DNA of 64,000 nt. It comes from an uncultured Eubacteriales bacterium (GTDB lineage Bacteria > Bacillota > Clostridia > Christensenellales > UBA1242). Positions 10,030-18,672 of this stretch are shown piece after piece (within the stretch, counting starts at the first letter, position 1; every line of letters starts with the position of its first letter). Where the stretch lies: positions 195,231 through 259,230 of the forward strand of contig CARJLX010000001.1 in NCBI GenBank assembly GCA_949001935.1, given 5' to 3'. A program made the position numbers and the translations under genes. A model generated the notes under the pieces. The model worked only from the letters and a program-made list of their open reading frames with translations. It was not told where the DNA came from and ran no database searches.

Positions 10030-10581
10030 ATGTTGGTAGAAGCAAAAATAATTGAATTTCTTCAAAGCAATGCAAGTGTTGGCTGGATTGCTTTCTTTAA
10101 AAATTTCACTATGCTAGCGAGTATTTTAGGACTGGTTGTTTTTGCAATTATAATTTTTTGTAAAGATAAAAAGTTGTCTTTTTGGTTTATATTAACTTTT
10201 GGATTTGTTGCTCTTTTTAATCTTTGTATAAAATATATTTTTAAGCGTCCAAGACCTTTTGATAGTTACGATTATATCTTTAATTTTGGCAATGAAAAGG
10301 GGTATAGCATGCCATCCTCTCACTCTGCAATTGCAGGTATGATAACTGTGTTTATTTGTTATTTAGCTTTTAAGTATTCTAAATCTATCGCGATTAGAGT
10401 TTTAACAATTATTGTAATGGTTTTATTTACTGCTATGATTTGCCTATCGCGTATGGTTTTAGGAGTTCATTATTTAACGGACACTATTGCTGGAGTCGCT
10501 GAGGGCGTTTTAATTGGATTTGCATCAATTAAGTCATACATGGAAATAAGTAAAAGAATTAAGGTTAGGCCTACAGAATAA
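10030..10581 (+). CDS. PAP2-family lipid phosphate phosphatase (undecaprenyl-diphosphatase-like)
   Basis: All three PAP2 motifs are present: KRPRP, PSSHS, SRMVLGVHYLTD. Multiple TM helices. Confidence 0.8.
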   Translation: MLVEAKIIEFLQSNASVGWIAFFKNFTMLASILGLVVFAIIIFCKDKKLSFWFILTFGFVALFNLCIKYIFKRPRPFDSYDYIFNFGNEKGYSMPSSHSAIAGMITVFICYLAFKYSKSIAIRVLTIIVMVLFTAMICLSRMVLGVHYLTDTIAGVAEGVLIGFASIKSYMEISKRIKVRPTE

Positions 10582-10598
10582 TTTTACAGGGGAGAAAT

Positions 10599-11042
10599 AT
10601 GAAAAACGGAATTTGTATTATAACTAATAGCGAAAAGGAAACTATAGCCGTTGGAGAAAAAATTGCAGGTGTTTTGCAAAAGGGTGATATAGTTATTTTA
10701 AATGGTGATTTAGGGGCAGGAAAGACCCATTTTGTTAAAGGGTTAGCTTTAGGTCTTGGTAGTGAGGACATGGTAACTAGTCCTACATTTACTTTACTTA
10801 ATGTTTATGAAGGCGGAAGACTTATTATTAATCATTTTGACATGTATCGACTTTCTTCACGAGAAGAGGCAAGTGAGCTTGGTTTTGAAGAATATTTTGA
10901 CAGAACCATTATGAATGGAGTGAGTATTGTAGAATGGCCAGAACAAGTTGAGGGACTAATAAAACCGCCTTATTATGAAATTGAAATTAAAAAGACTAAT
11001 AATGAAAATGAAAGAAAAATCTATTTTAGGAGGGCATTATGA
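10599..11042 (+). CDS. tsaE: tRNA t6A37 biosynthesis ATPase TsaE
   Basis: LNGDLGAGKTHFVKG P-loop, SPTFTL and HFDMYRL motifs. Confidence 0.85.
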   Translation: MKNGICIITNSEKETIAVGEKIAGVLQKGDIVILNGDLGAGKTHFVKGLALGLGSEDMVTSPTFTLLNVYEGGRLIINHFDMYRLSSREEASELGFEEYFDRTIMNGVSIVEWPEQVEGLIKPPYYEIEIKKTNNENERKIYFRRAL

Positions 11043-11671
11043 TTGCAATTTCCACAGCTTTTGCATCTTCATTGGTGGCTATTGATATTAATGGCAAACA
11101 AGATTGTGTAGAACTTGATTCTTCTTGCAAACAATCTGAAAAAATATTAGCGACTATAGACGAAGTTTTGCAAAGAAATGGGCTTAAAATCGGTGATAAC
11201 AATGAATTTTGTGTGGTTATAGGTCCAGGATCATTTACAGGCCTTAGAATTGGTATTGCACTTATAAAGGGATTGTGTGCAGGACTTGATAACACCAAAG
11301 TTGTTGGACTTTCGTCATTAGATTTTATGGCCTATGAACATGTAAAGAAAAATAAGCCAAAAGATGGTTTTGTTTGTGTTTTGAATGCTTTAAGCGGCTT
11401 ATATTTTGTTTGTGAATATGATAATAATGGGAAAAAGTTAGGTCAAGAGTGTTTGATTGACAGTACTGAATTTTTAAATATCAAATTAGATAAAATCGGT
11501 TTACAAGACGAAAATATTGTTGAGAAAAATATTAAATTGACAGCACAAGGGTTATTAGAATTGGCTAAATTAAGACTTGAAAACTGTGATGTTTGTGATA
11601 TTAAGGCATTAAGCCCTATCTATTTACGCAAAAGTCAGGCAGAAGCAGCTTTAGACGAAAAAAAATCTTAA
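11039..11671 (+). CDS. tsaB: tRNA t6A37 biosynthesis protein TsaB
   Basis: GPGSFTGLRIGIA motif. 4-nt overlap with tsaE. Confidence 0.8.
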   Translation: MIAISTAFASSLVAIDINGKQDCVELDSSCKQSEKILATIDEVLQRNGLKIGDNNEFCVVIGPGSFTGLRIGIALIKGLCAGLDNTKVVGLSSLDFMAYEHVKKNKPKDGFVCVLNALSGLYFVCEYDNNGKKLGQECLIDSTEFLNIKLDKIGLQDENIVEKNIKLTAQGLLELAKLRLENCDVCDIKALSPIYLRKSQAEAALDEKKS

Positions 11672-11813
11672 AAAAAGTTAAAAAATCTTGCGATTTTGGT
11701 AGACATTTTTATGTTAGTTGGGTAATATATAGAGGAAAGCATTGGTATATATTTTTGAAGATTTGAAAGGGTTTAAAAAATTTTAAATTTATAAAAAAAT
11801 CTTTTAAAAATGC

Positions 11814-11843
11814 TTGCCAAGGTTTAGAGTTTTAGCATATAAT
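11814..11843 (+). promoter_or_regulatory. Putative sigma-A promoter
   Basis: TTGCCA, 18-nt spacer, TATAAT, located 25 nt upstream of the AAGGAG RBS of the 11868 gene. Confidence 0.45.
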
Positions 11844-11867
11844 TATGCAAAACATAAAGGAGTAAAT

Positions 11868-12389
11868 ATGAAGAAACCAGTTTATGTTAGATGTCCAAGA
11901 TGTGAACTTAATTACATCCAAAAGAAAGATAAGCTTTGCAGTGTTTGTAAGGCAGAGCTTGCTGCTAAGGATGATTATATTGACGACATTGATTTGGAAC
12001 TTTGTCCTATTTGCAAAACAAACTATATTCAATCAGACGAAATTATGTGTGCTTCTTGTTTGAAGGAACATCAAACTGAAGATGGTGAACTTAATGGAGA
12101 TTGGGAAGATTATCTCACTCGTGACGATGATGACGACACAATGACTATTGAAGATGAAACAGGTGAAATGGCAACTGTTACAGATATAACCGAAACAAGT
12201 ATGCTTGATGATGAGATTACTTCTGATCTTGATTTTGATGATGAAGATGGTCTTAGTTTTGATGACGAAGAAATTGATTTTAGCGAGGAAGAGGAAGAAA
12301 TTGAGGAAGAAGATGATGACGATTTTGATGACATTGATGACGACGACCTCGATGATTTTGACGACGATTATGATGATGACGATGAATAA
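11868..12389 (+). CDS. Hypothetical double zinc-ribbon protein with an extreme poly-acidic C-terminal tail
   Basis: Two copies of CPxC-x-x-NYIQ-x(6-7)-C-x-x-C, followed by about 110 aa dominated by D/E. AAGGAG RBS supports the ATG at 11868. Confidence 0.7.
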   Translation: MKKPVYVRCPRCELNYIQKKDKLCSVCKAELAAKDDYIDDIDLELCPICKTNYIQSDEIMCASCLKEHQTEDGELNGDWEDYLTRDDDDDTMTIEDETGEMATVTDITETSMLDDEITSDLDFDDEDGLSFDDEEIDFSEEEEEIEEEDDDDFDDIDDDDLDDFDDDYDDDDE

Positions 12390-12426
12390 AAAAAAGGCTT
12401 TGCCTTTTTTTTATTTTATTTATAAA

Positions 12427-12458
12427 AAAGATTAAAGCGAGAATGCTTTAATCTTTTT
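12427..12458. terminator. Rho-independent terminator (serves the convergent 12467 gene; a weaker hairpin at 12391-12412 follows the + gene)
   Basis: aaagattaaagc / gctttaatcttt 12-bp stem flanked by A- and T-runs. Confidence 0.7.
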
Positions 12459-12466
12459 TGTTTTAC

Positions 12467-15400
12467 CTATTTTTTACCAAGTTCTTTTTGCTTAGCGTCA
12501 TACTCTTTAATAGCTTCGCGTTGGCGTTTAGTTTCTTCGCTTGCAATTCGTCTTTCAACAGCGATTAAATATTCAGGGGATTGAACTTTAATTAATTGTT
12601 CATTCAAAATATCAATTTTTTGTTGTAATCTTGAAAGTTTATTTGCATAAGACTTAAACTCTTTTTCAGTTTCTTTTGTGATCTTTCCTTTGCTTGAAAG
12701 TCTTGCATCTTTAATCATTTGTTTATGATCATCTTCAAGAAGTTGTTTTTGTTTTTGCATTTCAGAAATATTATTTTTAATATTTTCTATTTCTTTATCT
12801 CTTTCCTTAGTTGCTTGTCCAAGGATGAGTTCTTGATTAAGACTTATTTTTCTATCATAGCTTTCTTCTTTAATTTTTTCAATCTTCTTGATTTTGATAT
12901 GACGGAGAAGCCATCCTATTACTGCGATAATTACTGCAACACTTGTGATGATTGAAGGTATTAAAATCCAATTCATTAAGTTAGTGTCGCCTACATTGTC
13001 AGGTGTTTCATCAACAGGTGGGTTAGTGTCGGAGTTGTCACTTGAAACATATGTGCTTGTGAATATTGTTTTGTTATATTCTTCATTATCATCTGCTTTA
13101 GCTTCATTATAAGCTTCTTCGCTACTATTTGTAAAGTTAATATTAGTAAGATAAGCAGAGCCTTCGGTGTGTTTATCTAATTCAAGAGAGAATTGAAGAT
13201 TGCTTGTAGCTTCGGTTGAAGCATAAAAATATATTGTATAATCAGTGAATTCTTCATTAGATTTAATTTCTTCAACAAGAGTGAAATTTGTTAAGCCAAT
13301 TTTTACTCCATATTTACATTCATGATTTTTCTCATCATTCTCATGATCTGCATCAGGTCTTTCATTTAAAATTGTTTTAAGTGAGAAGGTGAGTTTATAA
13401 TAAGAACCTGAGTTAAGTTTGAAGGTATAGTTAGATTTCATTGTCCCAGTTGCAGGAGATAATCTTGAAGCGAGAACTAAAAGATTTCCATCTTCATATT
13501 CAACACCAAACTCATTGCCTTGTCCTTTAACAATTCCACCAACCATTGCATTGCTTGAACCGCTATCAACGCTGAAAGCATAAGCAGGGGAAGAAGTTAA
13601 TGCACTTCCAATATTCCCATTTGGATCAAGATTTAACATATAATCTGTTAAGTCTATCTTATTTAAAGCTGTATCAAATTTTTCTTTATTTGTTGAAGTG
13701 ATGGCAAAGTTATCAAGATAAGCAGTTCCAACCATTTTATCATCCTCAGTACCAAGGTGAACTATCACATTGATATTATGTGAAGAGGTAAGTGCAGTAT
13801 GGAAATCTATGTTAATAGGATTGCCATTCTTGCTACTCCATGTGTTGTGGGATGATGGAAGTTTTTGTTTAAAGAGTACTATTCCGTTTTCATCAACAAC
13901 TTCTACTGTCAATTGAGTATCCTTTTCGGGATCAGTGTCAAGTGTGAAATAATCAAAAGTGAGGTTGTAATAATTATCTGCTTCTAAAGTATAAGTTTCA
14001 GATTTAATTGATTGATAAGAATAGTTTCCATTATGAAGCATATAAACATTATTTGGTGCATCCATTGATCCTTGAATAGGGTTTCCAGGGTATGAGCTTG
14101 ACCAAGTATATTTTGAATACATTTTATTGTAAGTTTCGTCATTATGAAGATAAATTACTCCGCTTTCAACTTTATAACTCTTGTCTGTAGGTTTTGTTAC
14201 AGTCCAGTTTTTAGCTTTTAATGGATAATTAAAATCACTATCTGCTACTTCTGTGTAATTGAAATATGCGTTTTTAAAGTCTAAAGTAATTTCTTCGCCT
14301 TCGAGGTTAAGGTAATTGTCTGCATCTTCTGCATCATTGCTTGAAGCATATTCAATATTGATATTGTCAACCATAACGCAACCAGTTGCATCATTAGAGT
14401 CATTCCCAATAGCGAGTTGGAGTTTAAGATTAGTGTCGGCGAGAGATTTCCCTTTTACATAATATACTACATCTGTATAGTCGTTTGTTGCCTTGTTTGT
14501 AGTGTTTGAAGAAAGTCCTGCAGTTGAACCTACAACTTCACCTTCTTCATCTACAAGGTTAACATAGAAAGAGCCAGTCATTTCAGCAAATTTAACTTTC
14601 ATGCTGATTTTATACACGCCATGAGCTTTGATTTCTATTGCTTTAGTATTTTCAACTGTAATTCTTGAAGGAACACCTTTATCTGTATAGAGTGCAAGAG
14701 CTTGAGTGTTTGGCTTGTGGTCTTTCATATTGTAAGAGAAGTCGTTTCCTACAAAGTTATATTTTGTTGTGCTTTCAAAAAACTCTTTGCCATTAACAAC
14801 ATCAAAAATGATTGCATGTGCATTAGGGGAGTTAAGACTTGCAGGAATAAACCATTCATTTGTCAAGCCGTTGTTGCCAACTGTTTTTTCAAAGTCAAAA
14901 TTATAGTCGTAATATTTATATTCATCATCTTGCATAAGGCTTGAACCTACAGGAACAAGTCTATCAACCATGAATTTATTGTAAATTTTAGCATTAGATT
15001 CATAGTTATCATGGAAATCATAACCTCTTTGAATACAATCTGCTATGAAAGCATTTTGGCTATATTGTTCAACTTTAATTTCATCATAGAAAACAGCACC
15101 ATAAGAGCCTTCTGTGTTAGATTTACCAAGATAGAGGTCTAATGTAACATTTTGGTCCTCATCACCTGTTGCAAGGAAGAAATTATAAGTTGACCATGAG
15201 CCAGTTATTCCAGTATATGAAAGTTCAACTTCATTATCTTTTTCGTCCTTAAGGCCGGTAAGATAGATAGAGCCATAAGCTTCATTAATTCCAGTTGTGT
15301 TATTTGTAGTAGTTTTAGCATTAACAGAAAGTTTATAATAAGAATTTGATTTTAATGTAAACTCATTTGATCTATAACCTCTTTTTGCTGAGCGAGGAGT

Positions 15401-15799
15401 TGAGGTTTCAGAATATTTTGAATTAATCATCAAAATTTTATCTTCTTTAATAGTGTCGCTAAGTTTTCCTGGGTTATCTTCCAAGTAGTAGCGAGTTTTA
15501 TTATTATTGAAAGAAGTGCCTACATCAATAATCATTCCAACAGAAAAAGCATCATAATCAATAGCTTTCCAGCTAGAGGCAAGTGTATTACCATCTTGTG
15601 AGGTGCCTGAAATAACGAATGAGTTTGATTGGATTAAGTCATTCCCAACATTAGGATCTGTCCATTCTGTTTGTGTAGCAGTTGTATCTGCAAGACTTGC
15701 TTGATTCGAAAAAATCACTCCTGTAAGCATAGAGAATGGAGCAAGTGTTGCAAGTCCAAGACCAAATAATTTAGATTTAAGTTTGTAATTTCTAGCCAT
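12467..15799 (-). CDS. Large bitopic surface protein: signal peptide, four beta-sandwich (CBM/galactose-binding-like) modules, a TM helix and a cytoplasmic coiled-coil tail
   Basis: N-terminal signal LGLATLAPFSMLTGVIF. Four modules each carry the motif (S/A)x(S/N)YYKL(S/T)..(K/Y)(T/F) and a (A/V)x(F/L)DN(I/F) ending. TM helix WILIPSIITSVAVIIAVIGWLL is followed by a K/E/Q-rich heptad-like region. AAAGGTG RBS supports the ATG at 15799. Confidence 0.8.
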   Translation of the reverse strand: MARNYKLKSKLFGLGLATLAPFSMLTGVIFSNQASLADTTATQTEWTDPNVGNDLIQSNSFVISGTSQDGNTLASSWKAIDYDAFSVGMIIDVGTSFNNNKTRYYLEDNPGKLSDTIKEDKILMINSKYSETSTPRSAKRGYRSNEFTLKSNSYYKLSVNAKTTTNNTTGINEAYGSIYLTGLKDEKDNEVELSYTGITGSWSTYNFFLATGDEDQNVTLDLYLGKSNTEGSYGAVFYDEIKVEQYSQNAFIADCIQRGYDFHDNYESNAKIYNKFMVDRLVPVGSSLMQDDEYKYYDYNFDFEKTVGNNGLTNEWFIPASLNSPNAHAIIFDVVNGKEFFESTTKYNFVGNDFSYNMKDHKPNTQALALYTDKGVPSRITVENTKAIEIKAHGVYKISMKVKFAEMTGSFYVNLVDEEGEVVGSTAGLSSNTTNKATNDYTDVVYYVKGKSLADTNLKLQLAIGNDSNDATGCVMVDNINIEYASSNDAEDADNYLNLEGEEITLDFKNAYFNYTEVADSDFNYPLKAKNWTVTKPTDKSYKVESGVIYLHNDETYNKMYSKYTWSSSYPGNPIQGSMDAPNNVYMLHNGNYSYQSIKSETYTLEADNYYNLTFDYFTLDTDPEKDTQLTVEVVDENGIVLFKQKLPSSHNTWSSKNGNPINIDFHTALTSSHNINVIVHLGTEDDKMVGTAYLDNFAITSTNKEKFDTALNKIDLTDYMLNLDPNGNIGSALTSSPAYAFSVDSGSSNAMVGGIVKGQGNEFGVEYEDGNLLVLASRLSPATGTMKSNYTFKLNSGSYYKLTFSLKTILNERPDADHENDEKNHECKYGVKIGLTNFTLVEEIKSNEEFTDYTIYFYASTEATSNLQFSLELDKHTEGSAYLTNINFTNSSEEAYNEAKADDNEEYNKTIFTSTYVSSDNSDTNPPVDETPDNVGDTNLMNWILIPSIITSVAVIIAVIGWLLRHIKIKKIEKIKEESYDRKISLNQELILGQATKERDKEIENIKNNISEMQKQKQLLEDDHKQMIKDARLSSKGKITKETEKEFKSYANKLSRLQQKIDILNEQLIKVQSPEYLIAVERRIASEETKRQREAIKEYDAKQKELGKK

Positions 15800-15913
15800 A
15801 AATTTCACCTTTATTTTTTAAATTGTTATTTTTGCAAATAAATCTATCTATGATTATACTACAATCTTTTGCAAATATCAAATATTTTTTACATATTTAT
15901 TTATAATAATACT

Positions 15914-16339
15914 ATGAAAAATAAGTCTTTGACTAAAAAATCACATATGCAAGGGTTTTCATATGAGCATAAAAAACCTTTATCAGTCAAACAAAAATTA
16001 TGGCTTTTGTTAAGTGGCAGTGCAATTGGATTGCTTAACGGCTTTTTTGGTGGTGGCGGTGGCATGGTTTGTGTGCCTATTTTGGAAAAAGTTTTAAAAC
16101 TTCCAAATAAACAATCTCATGCAACTGCAATTTCTGTTATCTTTCCATTAAGTTTGATTTCGGCATTTATATATGTCTTTAATGGCTATATAAAAAACTT
16201 TCCACTTTTAATTGTGGGAAGTGGAGTGCTTTTAGGAGGAATTTTGGGTTCTTTTTGTTTGAAATGGTTGCCACCTAAAGCAGTAAGAATTATTTTTGCC
16301 TTGATAATGTTGGCTGGCGGAATTAGGATGATTATATGA
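15914..16339 (+). CDS. TauE/SafE (TSUP) family transporter, half-size subunit 1
   Basis: About 4 TM helices and the glycine-rich GFFGGGGGMVCVPIL motif. Start is uncertain (15869, 15914 or later). Confidence 0.65.
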   Translation: MKNKSLTKKSHMQGFSYEHKKPLSVKQKLWLLLSGSAIGLLNGFFGGGGGMVCVPILEKVLKLPNKQSHATAISVIFPLSLISAFIYVFNGYIKNFPLLIVGSGVLLGGILGSFCLKWLPPKAVRIIFALIMLAGGIRMII

Positions 16340-16701
16340 CGATTTTTTTATATATTTTATTTGGTTTTTTATCTGGCATTATTGGGGGGATGGGAATGGG
16401 TGGCGGAACATTACTCATTCCTTTATTGACAATATTTTTAGGTTTAGATCAAAAACTTAGTCAAGGAATAAATTTAGTCACATTTTTAGTAATGGCGTTG
16501 ATCTCGCTTTGTATACACTATAAAAATGGCTTTATTGAAACTAGAGGAATTTTTTATATAATTTTAAGTGGGGTTATATTTTCAATAGGGGGTGCATTAG
16601 TTGCTGGGCTTTTACCTTCAAAAATATTACGCATATGTTTTGGAGGATTTTTATGTATTTTGGCTATTATTGAGTTTACCAAGGCCTTTAAAAAGGATTA
16701 A
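16336..16701 (+). CDS. TauE/SafE (TSUP) family transporter, half-size subunit 2
   Basis: About 4 TM helices and the GIIGGMGMGGGTLLIPLL motif. ATGA overlap with the preceding half. Confidence 0.7.
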   Translation: MTIFLYILFGFLSGIIGGMGMGGGTLLIPLLTIFLGLDQKLSQGINLVTFLVMALISLCIHYKNGFIETRGIFYIILSGVIFSIGGALVAGLLPSKILRICFGGFLCILAIIEFTKAFKKD

Positions 16702-16703
16702 TT

Positions 16704-16728
16704 AAAAAACAACTTTAGTTGTTTTTTT
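16704..16728 (+). terminator. Rho-independent terminator
   Basis: aaaaaacaac / gttgttttttt stem followed by a T-run. Confidence 0.65.
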
Positions 16729-16832
16729 GTTTTGATATGTCAAGAAAATTTATAAATAAAAATAAGAAAGTTATAAAAAAAGGTTTACAAGTTTGAAAAA
16801 TTATGTTAAAATATTGCCAACTGGAGGAGTCT

Positions 16833-17000
16833 ATGGTAGACAAAAAAAAGTGTATTGGTTGCGGAACTTGCGTTGCAATATGCCCTGTTGGTGCAATCAG
16901 TTTTGATAGCGATGGTAAGGCAAAAATTGATAGAACAAAATGTATACATTGTGGTGCATGTGAGGCTAGTTGCCCTGTTAATGCGATTAAACTTGACTAA
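16833..17000 (+). CDS. 2x[4Fe-4S] ferredoxin
   Basis: CIGCGTCVAICP and CIHCGACEASCP cluster motifs. GGAGG RBS supports the ATG at 16833. Confidence 0.85.
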   Translation: MVDKKKCIGCGTCVAICPVGAISFDSDGKAKIDRTKCIHCGACEASCPVNAIKLD

Positions 17001-17010
17001 GAGGTAATTT

Positions 17011-18513
17011 ATGGAAAATATAGCAATAATTGAACTTAATGATGGAGCATTAAAACTATCTATCTTTAAGACTAATAATGGTAAATTTAGACTTGTTGAA
17101 GAAAAAGAACAATCTTTCCGTTTAGGAGAGGAAATCGCAGCTGATGAACTTATGCGTCCAAAAACAAGAAATGATATTTTGGAAGTTTTAAAAATCTACC
17201 GTAAGATGATTGAAACATATAAAGTTGAAAAGATTGTTGCTGTTGCTTCAAGTATTTTGCAAAATGCAAGAAACTATCGTGGCTTTATTGAGGAAGTTTA
17301 TAACAATACTGGAATTAACTTTGCGGTTTTAAGTGAAGAAGAATTTGTTAGGTATATCTATACTTCTAGTGTAAATAGTATTGATACTTCAAAGGGCATT
17401 ATTATTAATGTTAATCCTTATTCAACAAATGTTATTAAATATAATAGACGCACTATAATCGCAAGCGAAACTCTTGATGTTGGTTCTGTAAATCTTTTGA
17501 CAGATAACAATAATGAAAAGAGAAGTTATGAAGATATGCTTGCTATTGTAAAATCTAGAATCAAAGCTTCTCAAATCAAATCTCTCGTTGATGAAGATAT
17601 GAATTTTATTGGAACAGGTTCTGCTTTCGTTTCAATTGGTAGAATTGCAAAGAAAATTGCTAGATACCCATTAGATTTAGATAATAATTATGAAATTACT
17701 AAAGAAGTTTTAGATAAAACAGCAAATTTTGTTAGTGGACTTGAACTTGAAAAAGTTGGCAAGATAAAAGGTATTGCGGATGCTGATGCAGTTAGAGTGC
17801 TTTCTTCTCTTGCAATTGTTAAAGCATGCTTTGCAGAACTTGAAATGAATGCTGTTACAGTTTCTACTGCAAATCTTCGTGACGGGTTGGCTTTAACGAA
17901 TGTGACAATTCCTGTTCAAGAAAAATTTAATGATCTTTTAACAAACTCTCTTGAAAATTATTATGAGTTTATTAAAGATGAACATTCTAACAATGCTGAT
18001 GTTTATTCAATGGCACTTGTGCTGTTCAAACAATTAAAGGTTATGCATAAACTTCCAAGATTTTATGTTAAGCCTCTTCGTATTGCTTCCTTTATGTATG
18101 ATTCTGGCAAAAACATCAATTTTGATAATTATACAAAACATGGTTTTGATGCAATTTTATATTCAGGTATAAATGGAGTAAACCATAGAGAACTTTTGAT
18201 TGCAGGCTTTATCTGCCTTTGTCAAGATCTTGATAATTTTTCTCTTAATGATTGGATTAAATATAAAGATATTTTGACAGAAGAGGATTTAGATGCAGTT
18301 AGAAAACTTGGAGTTATTGTTAAACTTGCAGACGCTTTGAATGCTTCTAAAAAGAATGTTATAACAGATGTTGTTTGTGATATTTTAGGAGATTCTATAA
18401 TTATGAAGACCGTTATTGACACTGGTGTTAATGTTAACTTTGAAATTATGGAAGGTATGAAAGTTGCTCCTGCATATAAAAAGGTTTATAAAAAGAGCTT
18501 ACAAATAATATAA
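17011..18513 (+). CDS. Ppx/GppA-family phosphatase-like protein (ASKHA fold plus HD-like C-terminal domain), catalytic motifs eroded
   Basis: Collinear by eye with GppA/Ppx: IAIIELNDGALKL vs AIDLGSNS, VLSEEEEF vs ISGEEEA, IINVNPYSTNV vs VDIGGGSTE, and C-terminal FMYDSGKNI vs LHDIGK. Confidence 0.6.
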   Translation: MENIAIIELNDGALKLSIFKTNNGKFRLVEEKEQSFRLGEEIAADELMRPKTRNDILEVLKIYRKMIETYKVEKIVAVASSILQNARNYRGFIEEVYNNTGINFAVLSEEEFVRYIYTSSVNSIDTSKGIIINVNPYSTNVIKYNRRTIIASETLDVGSVNLLTDNNNEKRSYEDMLAIVKSRIKASQIKSLVDEDMNFIGTGSAFVSIGRIAKKIARYPLDLDNNYEITKEVLDKTANFVSGLELEKVGKIKGIADADAVRVLSSLAIVKACFAELEMNAVTVSTANLRDGLALTNVTIPVQEKFNDLLTNSLENYYEFIKDEHSNNADVYSMALVLFKQLKVMHKLPRFYVKPLRIASFMYDSGKNINFDNYTKHGFDAILYSGINGVNHRELLIAGFICLCQDLDNFSLNDWIKYKDILTEEDLDAVRKLGVIVKLADALNASKKNVITDVVCDILGDSIIMKTVIDTGVNVNFEIMEGMKVAPAYKKVYKKSLQII

Positions 18514-18539
18514 TCACGATTAAAAATCGTGATTTTTTA
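18512..18539 (+). terminator. Rho-independent terminator
   Basis: aatcacgat / atcgtgatt 9-bp stem followed by a T-run. Confidence 0.8.
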
Positions 18540-18672
18540 TTTTGAAATTTGTATTCTATAGATTTTATAAAATAGATTAAATTATAGTAAAAACATCTAA
18601 AACTAATTAAAAAACTGCATAATTAACTTAAAATATCTAAAAATATATTAAAAAATATTATTTTGAGGAGTT

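Noticed and set aside
12110-12435. ORFs 12110-12334 (-) and 12205-12435 (+), encoding poly-Ser and Met/Leu/Thr-rich peptides.
   Set aside because: These are alternative-frame readings of the GAT/GAA-rich DNA that encodes the acidic tail of the 11868 gene, so they are low-complexity artefacts.
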